Program-made: the position numbers and the translations under genes | The notes under the pieces: model-generated | Database searches by the model: none | What the model saw: only the letters and a program-made list of their open reading frames with translations | What the model was told of the DNA's origin: nothing | Assembly (NCBI GenBank): GCA_964537895.1 | Contig: CAZIDK010000004.1 | Location: 1-62,052 of the forward strand | Source of the DNA: an uncultured Gammaproteobacteria bacterium | GTDB taxonomy: Bacteria; Patescibacteriota; Microgenomatia; Levybacterales; UBA12049 | Direction: 5' to 3' | DNA: 62,052 nt | Shown: positions 9,128 through 18,843 of the stretch, piece by piece | Layout of the letters: each line of letters begins with the position of its first letter | Numbering within the stretch: the first letter of the stretch is position 1

Positions 9128-10257
9128 AAGTAGTTATTATTATCCCAACATATAATGAGAAAGGAAACGTTGAGCGATTAATCACGATATTGGAAGAAGA
9201 AATATTTCCTTCAATTAAGAACCACGATATGAATATTTTAGTTGCAGACGACAACTCTCCCGATAAAACCGCAGACGAGGTTGGAAAGTTAATGAATAAA
9301 TGGAAAAATTTAAGTTTAAACGTGGGAGAAAAGCATGGTTTGGGAGCGGCATACGTAAGAGCAATGACATATGCCGTGGAAAAGATGAATGCCGACATAA
9401 TGTTTGAAATGGATGCCGATTTGTCTCACGATCCCAAAAAAGTTCCCGCTTTTTTACAGAAAATAGACGAGGGGTATGATTTGGTTATAGGCACTCGCTA
9501 CAGTCAAGGCGGTTCGATACCGCCAAATTGGGGGATAAGCCGTAAAATGTTTTCAATCTTTGGAAATTTATTGGTTCGTTTTATCCTGCTTAAATTTTCA
9601 ATCCATGATTGGACGGGCGGATTCAGAGCGTTAAAAAAAGAAGTATTTCTAAAAGAGAAAAACGAGCTTACCGCATTTAGAGGTTATACTTTTCAAGTCT
9701 CGTTTTTAAATAAAGCTGTAAGAGACGGATATAAGGTTGCCGAGGTTCCAATTCACTTTACAGACAGAACTCTGGGCAGGTCAAAAATTGTACCAAGGGA
9801 GTATATTATTGATCTTTTAAAATATGTAATAACGGCAAGTATTAAGGAAAAAATACGTGGTTCTTTCGGTAAGTTTTTAGTTGTAGGAGGAATAGGATTT
9901 ACCCTACAAGCGGTAATATTAAGAGTTTTGGTAGAAGGGTTTAATTATGCCCCTGCGGTTGCCAGTTTAATGGGCGCTGTTGTTGCAATATTTTCTAACT
10001 ATAACCTTAATAATCTCTGGACTTTTAAAAACGAGAGGGCAGCCAGTATTATTCAGTATTTTGCCAAAATGTTAAAGTTTTATGCAACCTCCGCAATTGG
10101 GGTAACTGTTATTCAATCAGGAATAATATTTTTAGGCGATACACTAATTGGCAGAAAATATTATTTTATATATTTCCTTGTAGGAACAGCGGTTCTGCTT
10201 GTTTATAATTTTAGTATGTATAGATTTGTTATCTGGCGTAGAAAACCTCATAAATGA
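9124..10257 (+). CDS. GT2 polyprenol-phosphate glycosyltransferase (Dpm1-like) fused to a GtrA-like membrane domain
   Basis: VVIIIPTYNEKGN, VADDNSPD, DADLSHDP. The C-terminal 130 aa carry 4 TM helices of GtrA type. Confidence 0.8.
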   Translation: MKVVIIIPTYNEKGNVERLITILEEEIFPSIKNHDMNILVADDNSPDKTADEVGKLMNKWKNLSLNVGEKHGLGAAYVRAMTYAVEKMNADIMFEMDADLSHDPKKVPAFLQKIDEGYDLVIGTRYSQGGSIPPNWGISRKMFSIFGNLLVRFILLKFSIHDWTGGFRALKKEVFLKEKNELTAFRGYTFQVSFLNKAVRDGYKVAEVPIHFTDRTLGRSKIVPREYIIDLLKYVITASIKEKIRGSFGKFLVVGGIGFTLQAVILRVLVEGFNYAPAVASLMGAVVAIFSNYNLNNLWTFKNERAASIIQYFAKMLKFYATSAIGVTVIQSGIIFLGDTLIGRKYYFIYFLVGTAVLLVYNFSMYRFVIWRRKPHK

Positions 10258-11894
10258 AGAAAAATTTTCAATTCCGATTCAATCGGAATCAATTTTCAAT
10301 TTTCCCTACTTCGCTAAAGCTTCGGGGGGCAAGTAATTTTCAATTTATTTCAGTGGGTTTTATTCTTATTCTTGCTGCCTTTTTAAGGCTCTACAAGATA
10401 GGAGACTACATGACTTTTTTAGGCGATGAGGGAAGAGATGTTTTAGTTGTTTATAATATTCTCCATGGGAAGCTAACTCTTCTTGGTCCGACTTCTTCGG
10501 TTGGAGGATTTTTCTTGGGACCAATTTATTATTATTTTATGGCGCCATTCTTGTGGTTTTTTAATTATAACCCGGTAGGGCCTGCCGTAATGGTTGCGCT
10601 TTTCGGAGTTGCTACTGTTTGGCTTATTTATAAATTCTGCAGCGATTTATTTAATAAACGTGTTGGTTTGATAGCGTCATTTTTGTATGCAATCTCACCG
10701 TTAGTTATTGCTTATTCACGTTCTTCCTGGAATCCAAATCCTCTTCCGTTTTTTTCTCTTTTAACACTTTTTATTCTCTACAAAGGTGTTGTAAAAAACA
10801 ATCTTAAATTATTTTTTACTTCGGGAATTTTGCTCGGAATTGCGATGCAGCTTCATTATTTAGCGACATTTTTAGCCGCAGTTATATTTTTCTATGTTTT
10901 ATTGTCCGAAATACTTAATGCAAAAATCGTTATCAAAAAAAATATATTGTCTCTAGCAAGAAAGTATTTTTCTATTCTTGCAGGATTTATGATAGGTTGG
11001 TCCCCTTTTTTGGCTTTTGAAATAAGACATGGATTTTTAAATATAAAAAAAATATTTGATTTTGTCTTTAGTGGAGGAAATGCAGGTGATAATACAAATT
11101 TTTTTGTAAATCTTTATGATGTATTTTTTAGACTTTTTGGAAGACTTATCGTAGCTTTTCCTCCTCCGGAGCAGTTTTTTAAATATGACAGTTTAATCTT
11201 AAATTTGTGGATTGGTCTTGTTTTAAGCCTGGCAATTCTATCAAGTGTTTATCTCTTATTTAACTTTTATAAAAGTTTTAAGCAAAGAAATGAAAGTTTT
11301 AATAAATATCTTCTTATTGTTCTTTGGTTTTTTGTAGGCATTATCCTTTTTGGATTTTATAAAAAATCAATTTACGATTATTACTTTTCATTTATGTTCC
11401 CGGCACCTTTTATAATACTTGCATTACTAATGTCTTTTGTTTATGAAAATAAAAAAATTAAATATTTTGGAAAAATTATTTCAGTTTTACTTTTTATATT
11501 CTTATTTTTTATAAACATTCAAGGACTTCCTTTTAGATATGAACCGAACAGACAGTTAAATCAAATGAAAACAATAGCTGATTTTGTGATGACAAGAACC
11601 AACGCAAAGCCATTTAACTTCGCTCTTATTTCAGGAGGAAATTCAGATTATGCTTACAGGTATTTTTTTACAGTGTGGAATCATCCACCTGTAACTATTC
11701 AAGACCCAGCCCGTGATTCGCAAAGAAAAACTGTTACCGACCAATTATTTGTTGTTTGCGAGAGTCCTCTGCCTTGTGAGCCCCTAGGACATTCTTTATG
11801 GGAAATTGCAGGATTTGGCAGGGCAGAGATTGCAGGAAGTTGGGATATATCCGTTGTTAAAGTTTACAAACTGGTTCGCTATGAAGGTAAATAA
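10254..11894 (+). CDS. GT-C fold membrane glycosyltransferase (GT39/ArnT-like)
   Basis: Polytopic protein with FLGDEGRDVLVVYNI near the first loop. The first ~33 codons are repeat-derived (NFQF x3, TSLKLRGAS). An in-frame GTG at 10353 is an alternative start. Confidence 0.7.
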   Translation: MKKNFQFRFNRNQFSIFPTSLKLRGASNFQFISVGFILILAAFLRLYKIGDYMTFLGDEGRDVLVVYNILHGKLTLLGPTSSVGGFFLGPIYYYFMAPFLWFFNYNPVGPAVMVALFGVATVWLIYKFCSDLFNKRVGLIASFLYAISPLVIAYSRSSWNPNPLPFFSLLTLFILYKGVVKNNLKLFFTSGILLGIAMQLHYLATFLAAVIFFYVLLSEILNAKIVIKKNILSLARKYFSILAGFMIGWSPFLAFEIRHGFLNIKKIFDFVFSGGNAGDNTNFFVNLYDVFFRLFGRLIVAFPPPEQFFKYDSLILNLWIGLVLSLAILSSVYLLFNFYKSFKQRNESFNKYLLIVLWFFVGIILFGFYKKSIYDYYFSFMFPAPFIILALLMSFVYENKKIKYFGKIISVLLFIFLFFINIQGLPFRYEPNRQLNQMKTIADFVMTRTNAKPFNFALISGGNSDYAYRYFFTVWNHPPVTIQDPARDSQRKTVTDQLFVVCESPLPCEPLGHSLWEIAGFGRAEIAGSWDISVVKVYKLVRYEGK

Positions 11895-12008
11895 AAGTTG
11901 GTAATCAAATCTTCAAGTTGGCACCGATACATCATATATTAATATATGATGTAAAAAGTTAAACAACCTACTTCTTGTATATAAATATTTAAAATCTACA
12001 ATGTGCTC

Positions 12009-12407
12009 ATGAGATCCGTAAAACAAGAAGATTCTTTTGGCTACGCGGTTGCATGCGTTGCGTTTGTTTTAAATATTGAATATTTAAAAGCAAGAAAACT
12101 TTTTAAAAATGGGGAAAAAAGAGCAAAGAGTATTCCAAATTTTTATTACAGAGAGATCGTTGAAATTTTAAAAAATGCGGGATTAGATTATCAGCATAAA
12201 TATGTTAAGACAAAAATTAGAAGGAAGACATATACGGGAAATACAATTGTTTTTATAAAAAGGTCGAAGAAATATCATTATGGACATTATTTGGTTCGAT
12301 TTGAAAATAAGTGGATGGATCCGTGGATTAATTTTCCTGATAGAAATATAAAAGTCGGTTTTAGAAAACGGCTTCCGGGAAAACCAATCTATATAGTTTT
12401 TCAATAA
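12009..12407 (+). CDS. hypothetical protein, papain/C39-peptidase-like layout with the catalytic Cys position not conserved
   Basis: KQEDSFGYAVACVAF resembles the Q....CGxA segment of C39 domains but has F in place of Cys. GHYLV and DPW lie downstream. The fold assignment is weak. Confidence 0.55.
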   Translation: MRSVKQEDSFGYAVACVAFVLNIEYLKARKLFKNGEKRAKSIPNFYYREIVEILKNAGLDYQHKYVKTKIRRKTYTGNTIVFIKRSKKYHYGHYLVRFENKWMDPWINFPDRNIKVGFRKRLPGKPIYIVFQ

Positions 12408-12454
12408 AAAACCCCGGGTTACTAGATTTATTAAATAACGCGGGGCTTTTATTA
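12406..12454. terminator. possible bidirectional terminator between convergent genes
   Basis: AAAAACCCCG ... CGGGGCTTTT stem with an A-run 5' and a T-run 3'. The loop is long (~24 nt), so this is weak. Confidence 0.35.
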
Positions 12455-12499
12455 TTTCTTGAAGGATTATTTAACTCCTTCGAAGGACCTTCAAGAAAA

Positions 12500-12640
12500 T
12501 TAGCCTCCAATCTTGTACATTCCTGTGCCACAGACCGGGCATTTGCCTTTGAGAGCGGGTTTACCATTTTTCATGGTAACTTTTACCGCATTTGGATCTT
12601 CTCTCTTCTGTCTGCATTTTACGCAATACATTGATGCCAT
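12500..12640 (-). CDS. small zinc-ribbon protein (DUF5679-like), 46 aa, absent from the ORF track
   Basis: Manual translation: MASMYCVKCRQKREDPNAVKVTMKNGKPALKGKCPVCGTGMYKIGG. It has two CxxC pairs, and AAGGGGGTG lies 9 nt upstream of the ATG. Confidence 0.7.
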   Translation of the reverse strand: MASMYCVKCRQKREDPNAVKVTMKNGKPALKGKCPVCGTGMYKIGG

Positions 12641-12682
12641 ATTATTTTTCACCCCCTTCCAGCCCGCCTCGGGCGGGCCAAG

Positions 12683-13000
12683 TCAATAAATTAATCCGTT
12701 AAGTGTTATTATGTGACTTTTTAAAATAAATAAAAGAATTAATTGAAAGGCAACTATGGATGTTGTTAAGATTGCTGTTTTTTGTAAGTCTTTAATTAAA
12801 TATGATGTGTTGGTAAAAGTACTAACGGGCTGTTTTTTTTCGCTTAGTTTTAGTTTGGGAAGATTAAGAGAAAGGGACAGAGATTGTTCGCGTTTTTCAA
12901 TTTTTTCTTCAAAAGGAGCGCTCTTTGTTTGCGAAGCATTTATTTGGCGTCTAAGATCGGCAATTATTTTTTGTTGACGAGTTTTTTTCCTTTTAGCCAT
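12683..13000 (-). CDS. hypothetical protein with basic N-terminus and C-terminal TM anchor
   Basis: MAKRKKTRQQK... with a hydrophobic tail. A TTGACA-17-TAATCT promoter lies on the minus strand 11 nt upstream. The overlapping + strand ORF 12756-12977 is judged a shadow. Confidence 0.6.
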   Translation of the reverse strand: MAKRKKTRQQKIIADLRRQINASQTKSAPFEEKIEKREQSLSLSLNLPKLKLSEKKQPVSTFTNTSYLIKDLQKTAILTTSIVAFQLILLFILKSHIITLNGLIY

Positions 13001-13011
13001 GCTAGAAGCCT

Positions 13012-13051
13012 AGATTACACTATTGACACGAGGCTGTCAAGAGGCTAATAT
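13012..13051. promoter_or_regulatory. interlocked divergent promoter pair
   Basis: Plus strand: TTGACA 13023-13028, 17-nt spacer, TAATAT 13046-13051. Minus strand: TTGACA (plus TGTCAA 13035-13040), 17-nt spacer, TAATCT (13012-13017). Each -35 box lies inside the other promoter's spacer. Confidence 0.5.
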
Positions 13052-13063
13052 AAATGAATATCT

Positions 13064-13570
13064 ATGACGTTAGAGTTAGTACTAATTGCCTTAGGAATTG
13101 TAATGTTGTGGCTCTTGGTACTAACAATTTTTTTTTGGAGAACGCTTTCGCATTACAATAGATTAACAAAAGGCGTAAGCGAAAAAAGTTTGAAAGCGGT
13201 CTTGGAAAAACTCCTAAGAGAATCGGATTTAAGCAAAAAAGATATTGATTATTTAAAGGATTATTGTGATAGAATTGAAAAAGAAGGTCTTTTGCATATT
13301 CAAAAAGTAGGACTTGTCCGCTTTAATCCTTTTAAAGATACAGGAGGAGATCAAAGTTTTGTTTTATCCCTAATCGACGGAAACGACAATGGCGTTTTAA
13401 TTTCCGGCCTTTACTCTCGTTCCGGAACAAGATGGTATGCAAAAAGAGTAGCTGACGGTAAAGGTATAGAGCATGAGCTAACGGAAGAAGAGAAAAAAGC
13501 CCTTAAGGAGGCCCGCCTACAATCGCCTGGCGGCGAAGCAACTGGCGGACAGGCAAGTTTAAATAAGTAA
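13064..13570 (+). CDS. DUF4446-like protein (N-terminal TM, coiled region)
   Basis: The segment LVRFNPFKDTGGDQSFVLSLIDGNDNGVLISGLYSRSGTRWYAKRV resembles DUF4446. The C-terminal ARLQSPGGEATGGQAS is encoded by GC-rich repeat sequence. Confidence 0.6.
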   Translation: MTLELVLIALGIVMLWLLVLTIFFWRTLSHYNRLTKGVSEKSLKAVLEKLLRESDLSKKDIDYLKDYCDRIEKEGLLHIQKVGLVRFNPFKDTGGDQSFVLSLIDGNDNGVLISGLYSRSGTRWYAKRVADGKGIEHELTEEEKKALKEARLQSPGGEATGGQASLNK

Positions 13571-13572
13571 TT

Positions 13573-14745
13573 ATGCACAAGAAAAAATTTTTAACTATTG
13601 TTTTCGCGGTTTTGGTTTATCTTGCGTCAACAGGTGCTTCTTATTTTTTATTTTCTAAAACTGTGTCTTCTCAAGCGTTAACATCTCCATTGCCGCAGCC
13701 GGAAAAAGGAGTCAACGGACAATTAACGTTTGACAATAGTCTTCCGAAAACAGAAGCCTGTCCTCTAAACGGAATTTTATATTCCAAACAGCAAAAAGAT
13801 TGGTGGGAAAAACATAGACCTCTTGGGGTAATGATTGAAAATCATGAAAATGCCAGACCGCAATCCGGTATTTCCGGAGCAGATGTTGTTTACGAAGCCG
13901 TTGCCGAAGGAGGCATTACCCGTTTCTTAACATTGTTTTACTGCCAACCCGGCAGTGAGGTTGGTCCGATACGCTCTGCTAGAACTTATTTCTTAGATTT
14001 CATTTCCGAATATGGTGATTATCCTTTATATGTACATGTAGGCGGAGCTAATCAGCCGGGTCCTGCGGATGCTCTTTCTCAAATAGATACCTACGGATGG
14101 ACAGGTTATAATGACCTGAATCAGTTTTCAATAGGTTTCCCGACATTTTGGAGAGATTATGATAGGCTGGGACATACTGCGGCAACAGAACACACAATGT
14201 ATTCGACCACTCAAAAACTTTGGGATTATGCGGCAACAACCCGCAAGCTGACAAACGTTTCAAAAGAAGGGATGCCTTGGGATAAAGGTTTTGTTCCATA
14301 TACTTTTAAAGACGATGCGCCGATTTCTCAAAGACCTGCTTTACAGACAGTTCATTTGGAATTTTGGACAGGCGATTCTAATTATTACGTAGACTGGGCA
14401 TTTGATCCTAAAACAAATCTTTACAAGCGAAATGTCGGCGGAGCACCGCAAGTAGATAGAAACGTAAATAAACAGTTAACAGCTAAAAATGTTGTTATAC
14501 TTTTAATGCAGGAATCAAGTGCTAATGACGGATATGAGAATAATGTCCACTTATTATATAAAACAAAAGGTACTGGAAAAGCAGTTGTGTTTAAGGATGG
14601 AAAAGAAATAAAAGCAACGTGGACAAAATCAGGCAGAACAGGAAAAACAATTGTCAAAGATGCAGCTGGAAAAGAAATAGAATTCAACAGAGGACTTATC
14701 TGGTTTGAAATTCTGCCCACAGATGGCGTAATTACTGTAAAATAG
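13573..14745 (+). CDS. DUF3048 (YerB-like) secreted or membrane-anchored protein
   Basis: N-terminal TM or signal segment. ARPQSGISGADVVYEAVAEGGITRFL is typical of DUF3048. Confidence 0.7.
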   Translation: MHKKKFLTIVFAVLVYLASTGASYFLFSKTVSSQALTSPLPQPEKGVNGQLTFDNSLPKTEACPLNGILYSKQQKDWWEKHRPLGVMIENHENARPQSGISGADVVYEAVAEGGITRFLTLFYCQPGSEVGPIRSARTYFLDFISEYGDYPLYVHVGGANQPGPADALSQIDTYGWTGYNDLNQFSIGFPTFWRDYDRLGHTAATEHTMYSTTQKLWDYAATTRKLTNVSKEGMPWDKGFVPYTFKDDAPISQRPALQTVHLEFWTGDSNYYVDWAFDPKTNLYKRNVGGAPQVDRNVNKQLTAKNVVILLMQESSANDGYENNVHLLYKTKGTGKAVVFKDGKEIKATWTKSGRTGKTIVKDAAGKEIEFNRGLIWFEILPTDGVITVK

Positions 14746-14817
14746 CCATAAACTGATACTTGAAAATCATTTTAGTTTTGATGTATATTAGTCCTCGTAA
14801 CCTAAATAGAACAAATT

Positions 14818-15393
14818 ATGTTTTCAGATCTTATTACTTCGAAAGCCAGGGTAAAATTACTAAACGTTTTTCTAACGAGTCCTTCGTCCATGTTTCATGT
14901 CAGGGAACTGGTTAGAAAAACCGGAGACGAGATAAACGCAGTAAGACGCGAGCTGTCTTTTTTAGAGAAAAAAGGAATACTTTCTAGAGAACCCCGTGCA
15001 AACAGAGTTTATTATTCTCTTAACAAAAGCTACCCTTTTTACTATGACCTTTTAAAACTTGGCGCAAAAAGTATAGGCTTGGGGGAAGAAATTCTCAAAA
15101 ACAGAGTAAAGCTTGGAAAAATAAAATATGCAATGTTTTCGGGTAAATTTATAAGAAGAATGAATAACGAGCCGGATGAGGTAGATTTTTTAATAGTCGG
15201 CACTGTTGTCTTGCCTGAGTTGGCACTCTTAATTAGGGAAGAAGAGAAAAAACTGGAAACCGAGATAAACTATACGGTTATGACAGAAGAGGAATTTGAT
15301 TTTAGAAGAAAAAAAAGAGATCCGTTTATCCTAGCTATTCTTTCCGGTTCGCGAATAATGTTAATTGGCGATGAGGAGAGTATGCTCGCATGA
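14818..15393 (+). CDS. winged-helix (ArsR-like) transcriptional regulator
   Basis: N-terminal HVRELVRKTGDEINAVRRELSFLEKKGIL HTH segment. Overlaps the secD start. Confidence 0.55.
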   Translation: MFSDLITSKARVKLLNVFLTSPSSMFHVRELVRKTGDEINAVRRELSFLEKKGILSREPRANRVYYSLNKSYPFYYDLLKLGAKSIGLGEEILKNRVKLGKIKYAMFSGKFIRRMNNEPDEVDFLIVGTVVLPELALLIREEEKKLETEINYTVMTEEEFDFRRKKRDPFILAILSGSRIMLIGDEESMLA

Positions 15394-16751
15394 GAAAAAA
15401 TCCGCGTCTCCTTTTCTGGTTTATTATTTTCCTTACAGTTTTAGCTATTTTTGTTAATATTCCAAGTATAGGTACACTCTCAATTGGTCCATTCCGTCAA
15501 AAAATAAATTTTGATATAAATAATTTGCTTCGTCCTTTAGGGATTACCAGTCAGCTTACTTTTAGGAAAGGTTTGGATATTGAAGGCGGAACAAGTATGA
15601 TTTTTAGAGCGGATATGTCGGGAGTTCCTACCGCTCAAAGGCCGGATGCTCTAAAATCTGCAAAAACAGTAATTGAAAGAAGAGTTAATCTTTTCGGTGT
15701 TTCCGAGCCGATTGTTCAGACTTCCATTCTTGCTAACGGAGAATCCAGAATAATAGTGGAGCTTCCCGGAGTTACCGATCTTAGTCAAGCAAGAAGCATT
15801 GTTGGTACAACCGCACAGCTTTCTTTTTGGGAGCAGGGGGCAACCGGAAGTGCAAAGCTTAATAGTACGCCTTCTGCTTACCCCTTAGGCCTGACTCAGG
15901 CTTTAGGTCCTAATCCAAAGGAAACAAATCTTAGCGGAAATGATTTGCAGCAAACAAACGTAACGTTTGATCAGAATACGGGAAAACCTCAAGTGCAATT
16001 AGTTTTTACATCCGACGGTTCACGAAAATTTGCAGATATTACCAAAAGAAATGTTGGAAAGGTTGTTGCGATTGTCTTGGATAATCAAGTAATTGAAGCG
16101 CCTCGTGTAAACGAGCCGATTTTAACCGGCGATGCTGTTATAAGCGGTGGATTTACAGTTGAATTAGCAAATGCTTTAAGTACGGAGCTAAATGCCGGAG
16201 CACTGCCGATTCCTCTTACATCTTTACAGAGTCAGGTCATTGGTCCTTCTTTGGGATTGTCGTCTTTGCAAAAAAGTCTTTTTGCCGGAGCTATAGGTTT
16301 AGTAATAATTGTTGTTTTCATGAGTGTTTTATATGGACGTTTAGGAATTATTGCAAGCGCTGCTCTTTTTCTTTATACATTATTTGTTTTAGCTATTTTT
16401 AAGCTTAGCTCCTTGACGCCTTACGGCATTACCCTGACGCTTTCAGGTATCGCAGGCTTCATTCTTTCCATAGGTATGGCTGTTGACGCAAATATTTTAA
16501 TTTTCGAAAGGATGAAGGAAGAAAAACGTTTGGGAAAACCCATGCAAGCCGCAATAGAAATAGGTTTTTCAAGAGCCTGGACGTCAATTCGGGATTCAAA
16601 CGTATCTACTCTTATAACCAGCGTTGTTTTGTATAAGTTTGGTTCGGGAATAGTCAGGGGTTTTGCTCTGGTTTTGGCAATCGGAGTTATAGTTTCGATG
16701 TTTTCGGCTATTGTTGTAACAAGAACATTTTTAAGAATTATTTATAAATAA
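15390..16751 (+). CDS. secD: protein translocase subunit SecD
   Basis: Large periplasmic domain followed by 6 TM helices. Motifs LGLDIxGG-like (GLDIEGGT) and GPSLG. Followed by secF. Confidence 0.9.
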   Translation: MRKNPRLLFWFIIFLTVLAIFVNIPSIGTLSIGPFRQKINFDINNLLRPLGITSQLTFRKGLDIEGGTSMIFRADMSGVPTAQRPDALKSAKTVIERRVNLFGVSEPIVQTSILANGESRIIVELPGVTDLSQARSIVGTTAQLSFWEQGATGSAKLNSTPSAYPLGLTQALGPNPKETNLSGNDLQQTNVTFDQNTGKPQVQLVFTSDGSRKFADITKRNVGKVVAIVLDNQVIEAPRVNEPILTGDAVISGGFTVELANALSTELNAGALPIPLTSLQSQVIGPSLGLSSLQKSLFAGAIGLVIIVVFMSVLYGRLGIIASAALFLYTLFVLAIFKLSSLTPYGITLTLSGIAGFILSIGMAVDANILIFERMKEEKRLGKPMQAAIEIGFSRAWTSIRDSNVSTLITSVVLYKFGSGIVRGFALVLAIGVIVSMFSAIVVTRTFLRIIYK

Positions 16752-16753
16752 TT

Positions 16754-17659
16754 ATGGATATTATAGGTAAAAAATATTTTTATTTTCTTTTCTCTTTGAT
16801 AGTTATTATTCCCGGGCTTGTTTCTTTACTTCTTTTTGGACTTAATCTATCCATTGATTTTACAGGAGGTACCAGAATTACGGTTTCTTTGCCAAAACAA
16901 GCAAGTCAAGCTTCTGTCGCTTTGGTTAAAAGTATTTTGGAGAAAGAAAAATTAAAAGTTTCAAATATAGAAACTTCGAATAATCTAATTTTTGTCCGCA
17001 CAGAGCTGATGGATCAAAAACAGAATAGTAAATTTTTGTCAGATCTTAATGCTCAATTAAAAGGCGCAAAACAAGAGGAATTTGAAACAATAGGGCCTAC
17101 GATCGGAGCCGAAACAACGACAAATGCTATATGGGCGGTAGTTGTAGCATCTCTATTTATTGTTATATATATTACTTGGTCTTTTAGAAAGATTCCAAAA
17201 CCGGCAAGCAGTCTTCGTTTTGGAATTTGCGCAATTATTGCGCTAATTCACGATATTTTGGTAGTTATAGGTATTTTTTCAATTTTAGGATATTTCTTTA
17301 ACGTTGAAGTAGATAGTCTTTTTGTTACGGCTCTGCTTACGGTTATCGGATTTTCGGTTCACGATACTATTGTCGTTTTTGACAGGATTAGGGAAAATTT
17401 AAAAAGAGTCAGCGGGCTTTCCTTTGCGCAAGTAGTTAATGAGTCAATATTACAAACGCTGGACAGATCTTTAAACACATCTTTAACCGTAGCTTTAGTT
17501 TTACTTGCTCTGCTTTTATTTGGAGGAGACAGTATAAGGTGGTTTGTGGTTGCTCTTTTGGTAGGAATTGTAAGCGGAACTTATTCCTCTATTTTTAACG
17601 CGTCGCCTCTTTTGGTACTTTGGCAGGAATTAAGCGATAAGCTTAAAAAGACAAAATGA
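16754..17659 (+). CDS. secF: protein translocase subunit SecF
   Basis: SIDFTGGT motif and the SecF TM core (DRIRE). Confidence 0.9.
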   Translation: MDIIGKKYFYFLFSLIVIIPGLVSLLLFGLNLSIDFTGGTRITVSLPKQASQASVALVKSILEKEKLKVSNIETSNNLIFVRTELMDQKQNSKFLSDLNAQLKGAKQEEFETIGPTIGAETTTNAIWAVVVASLFIVIYITWSFRKIPKPASSLRFGICAIIALIHDILVVIGIFSILGYFFNVEVDSLFVTALLTVIGFSVHDTIVVFDRIRENLKRVSGLSFAQVVNESILQTLDRSLNTSLTVALVLLALLLFGGDSIRWFVVALLVGIVSGTYSSIFNASPLLVLWQELSDKLKKTK

Positions 17660-18843
17660 AAAAATATTTTACTTCCGAATCGGTAACAGAAGGACACCCC
17701 GATAAAATTTGCGATCAAATAGCGGATGCAATTTTAGATGAACTAATAAAAAATGATCCGCTTTCCAGGGTTGCAGTTGAAGCCCTCATAACAAATGGAA
17801 TTATTTTTATAGCGGGTGAAGTTACGTCCGACGCATATGTTGAAATTCCCCAAATTGCCAGAAATGTAATAAAAGATATCGGGTATACAAATGCCGAATA
17901 TGGTTTTCATTGGGAAACAAGCGGAGTTTCTACCGCTATTCATGCACAATCTTCGGATATTGCAAGGGGTGTGGATAGTTACAAAGAAACAAAGGCTGGA
18001 AAAATCATCAAAGAGGACTTGGAGAATCTGGGCGCCGGCGATCAAGGATTAATGTTTGGTTTTGCTTGCGATGAGACAAAAGAGCTAATGCCTCTGCCCG
18101 TTGTTTTGGCTCACAATCTTTGCAAGAGATTATCGGAAGTCAGAAAAAAGAATTTAATAAAAGGATTAAGACCAGACGGAAAAAGTCAGGTAACAGTTGA
18201 ATATGTGGATGGAAAACCTGTAAGAATTGACGGAGTATTAATTGCGGCACAACATGATGAGGGCATTAATTCGGAAAAATTAAAAAAAGAACTTATAGAA
18301 AAAGTTATTAAAAAAGTTATACCAAAAAAACTTATAGATTCCAAAACAAAATTTTGGGTGAATACAACGGGAAGATTTGTAATCGGAGGGCCCCAAGGAG
18401 ATACCGGTTTAACAGGAAGAAAAATTATTGTCGATACTTATGGGGGATATGCAAGGCACGGCGGAGGAGCTTTCTCAGGTAAAGATCCCACAAAAGTAGA
18501 TAGGAGTGCTCAATATATGGCTCGTTACGTTGCTAAAAATATTGTCGCGGCAGGCCTTGCGGATAAATGTGAAGTTCAAGTATCTTATGCCATTGGTATA
18601 TCAGAGCCGATGTCGGTTTTGGTAGATACTTTTGGAACCGGAAAAATAGATGATGAAAAATTAAGTAATATAATTACCAAGGTCTTTGATTTAAGACCCG
18701 GAATGATAATAAAAAGTCTGAATTTAAGAAGACCGATTTATAGGCAAGTTTCTACATACGGGCATTTTGGCAGACCGGACCTTGACTTGCCATGGGAGAA
18801 AACTGATAAAATTGGCGTGTTAAGGAAAATGGCAAAAATATGA
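17656..18843 (+). CDS. metK: S-adenosylmethionine synthase
   Basis: [32 protein letters not shown] motifs. Confidence 0.95.
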   Translation: MKKYFTSESVTEGHPDKICDQIADAILDELIKNDPLSRVAVEALITNGIIFIAGEVTSDAYVEIPQIARNVIKDIGYTNAEYGFHWETSGVSTAIHAQSSDIARGVDSYKETKAGKIIKEDLENLGAGDQGLMFGFACDETKELMPLPVVLAHNLCKRLSEVRKKNLIKGLRPDGKSQVTVEYVDGKPVRIDGVLIAAQHDEGINSEKLKKELIEKVIKKVIPKKLIDSKTKFWVNTTGRFVIGGPQGDTGLTGRKIIVDTYGGYARHGGGAFSGKDPTKVDRSAQYMARYVAKNIVAAGLADKCEVQVSYAIGISEPMSVLVDTFGTGKIDDEKLSNIITKVFDLRPGMIIKSLNLRRPIYRQVSTYGHFGRPDLDLPWEKTDKIGVLRKMAKI

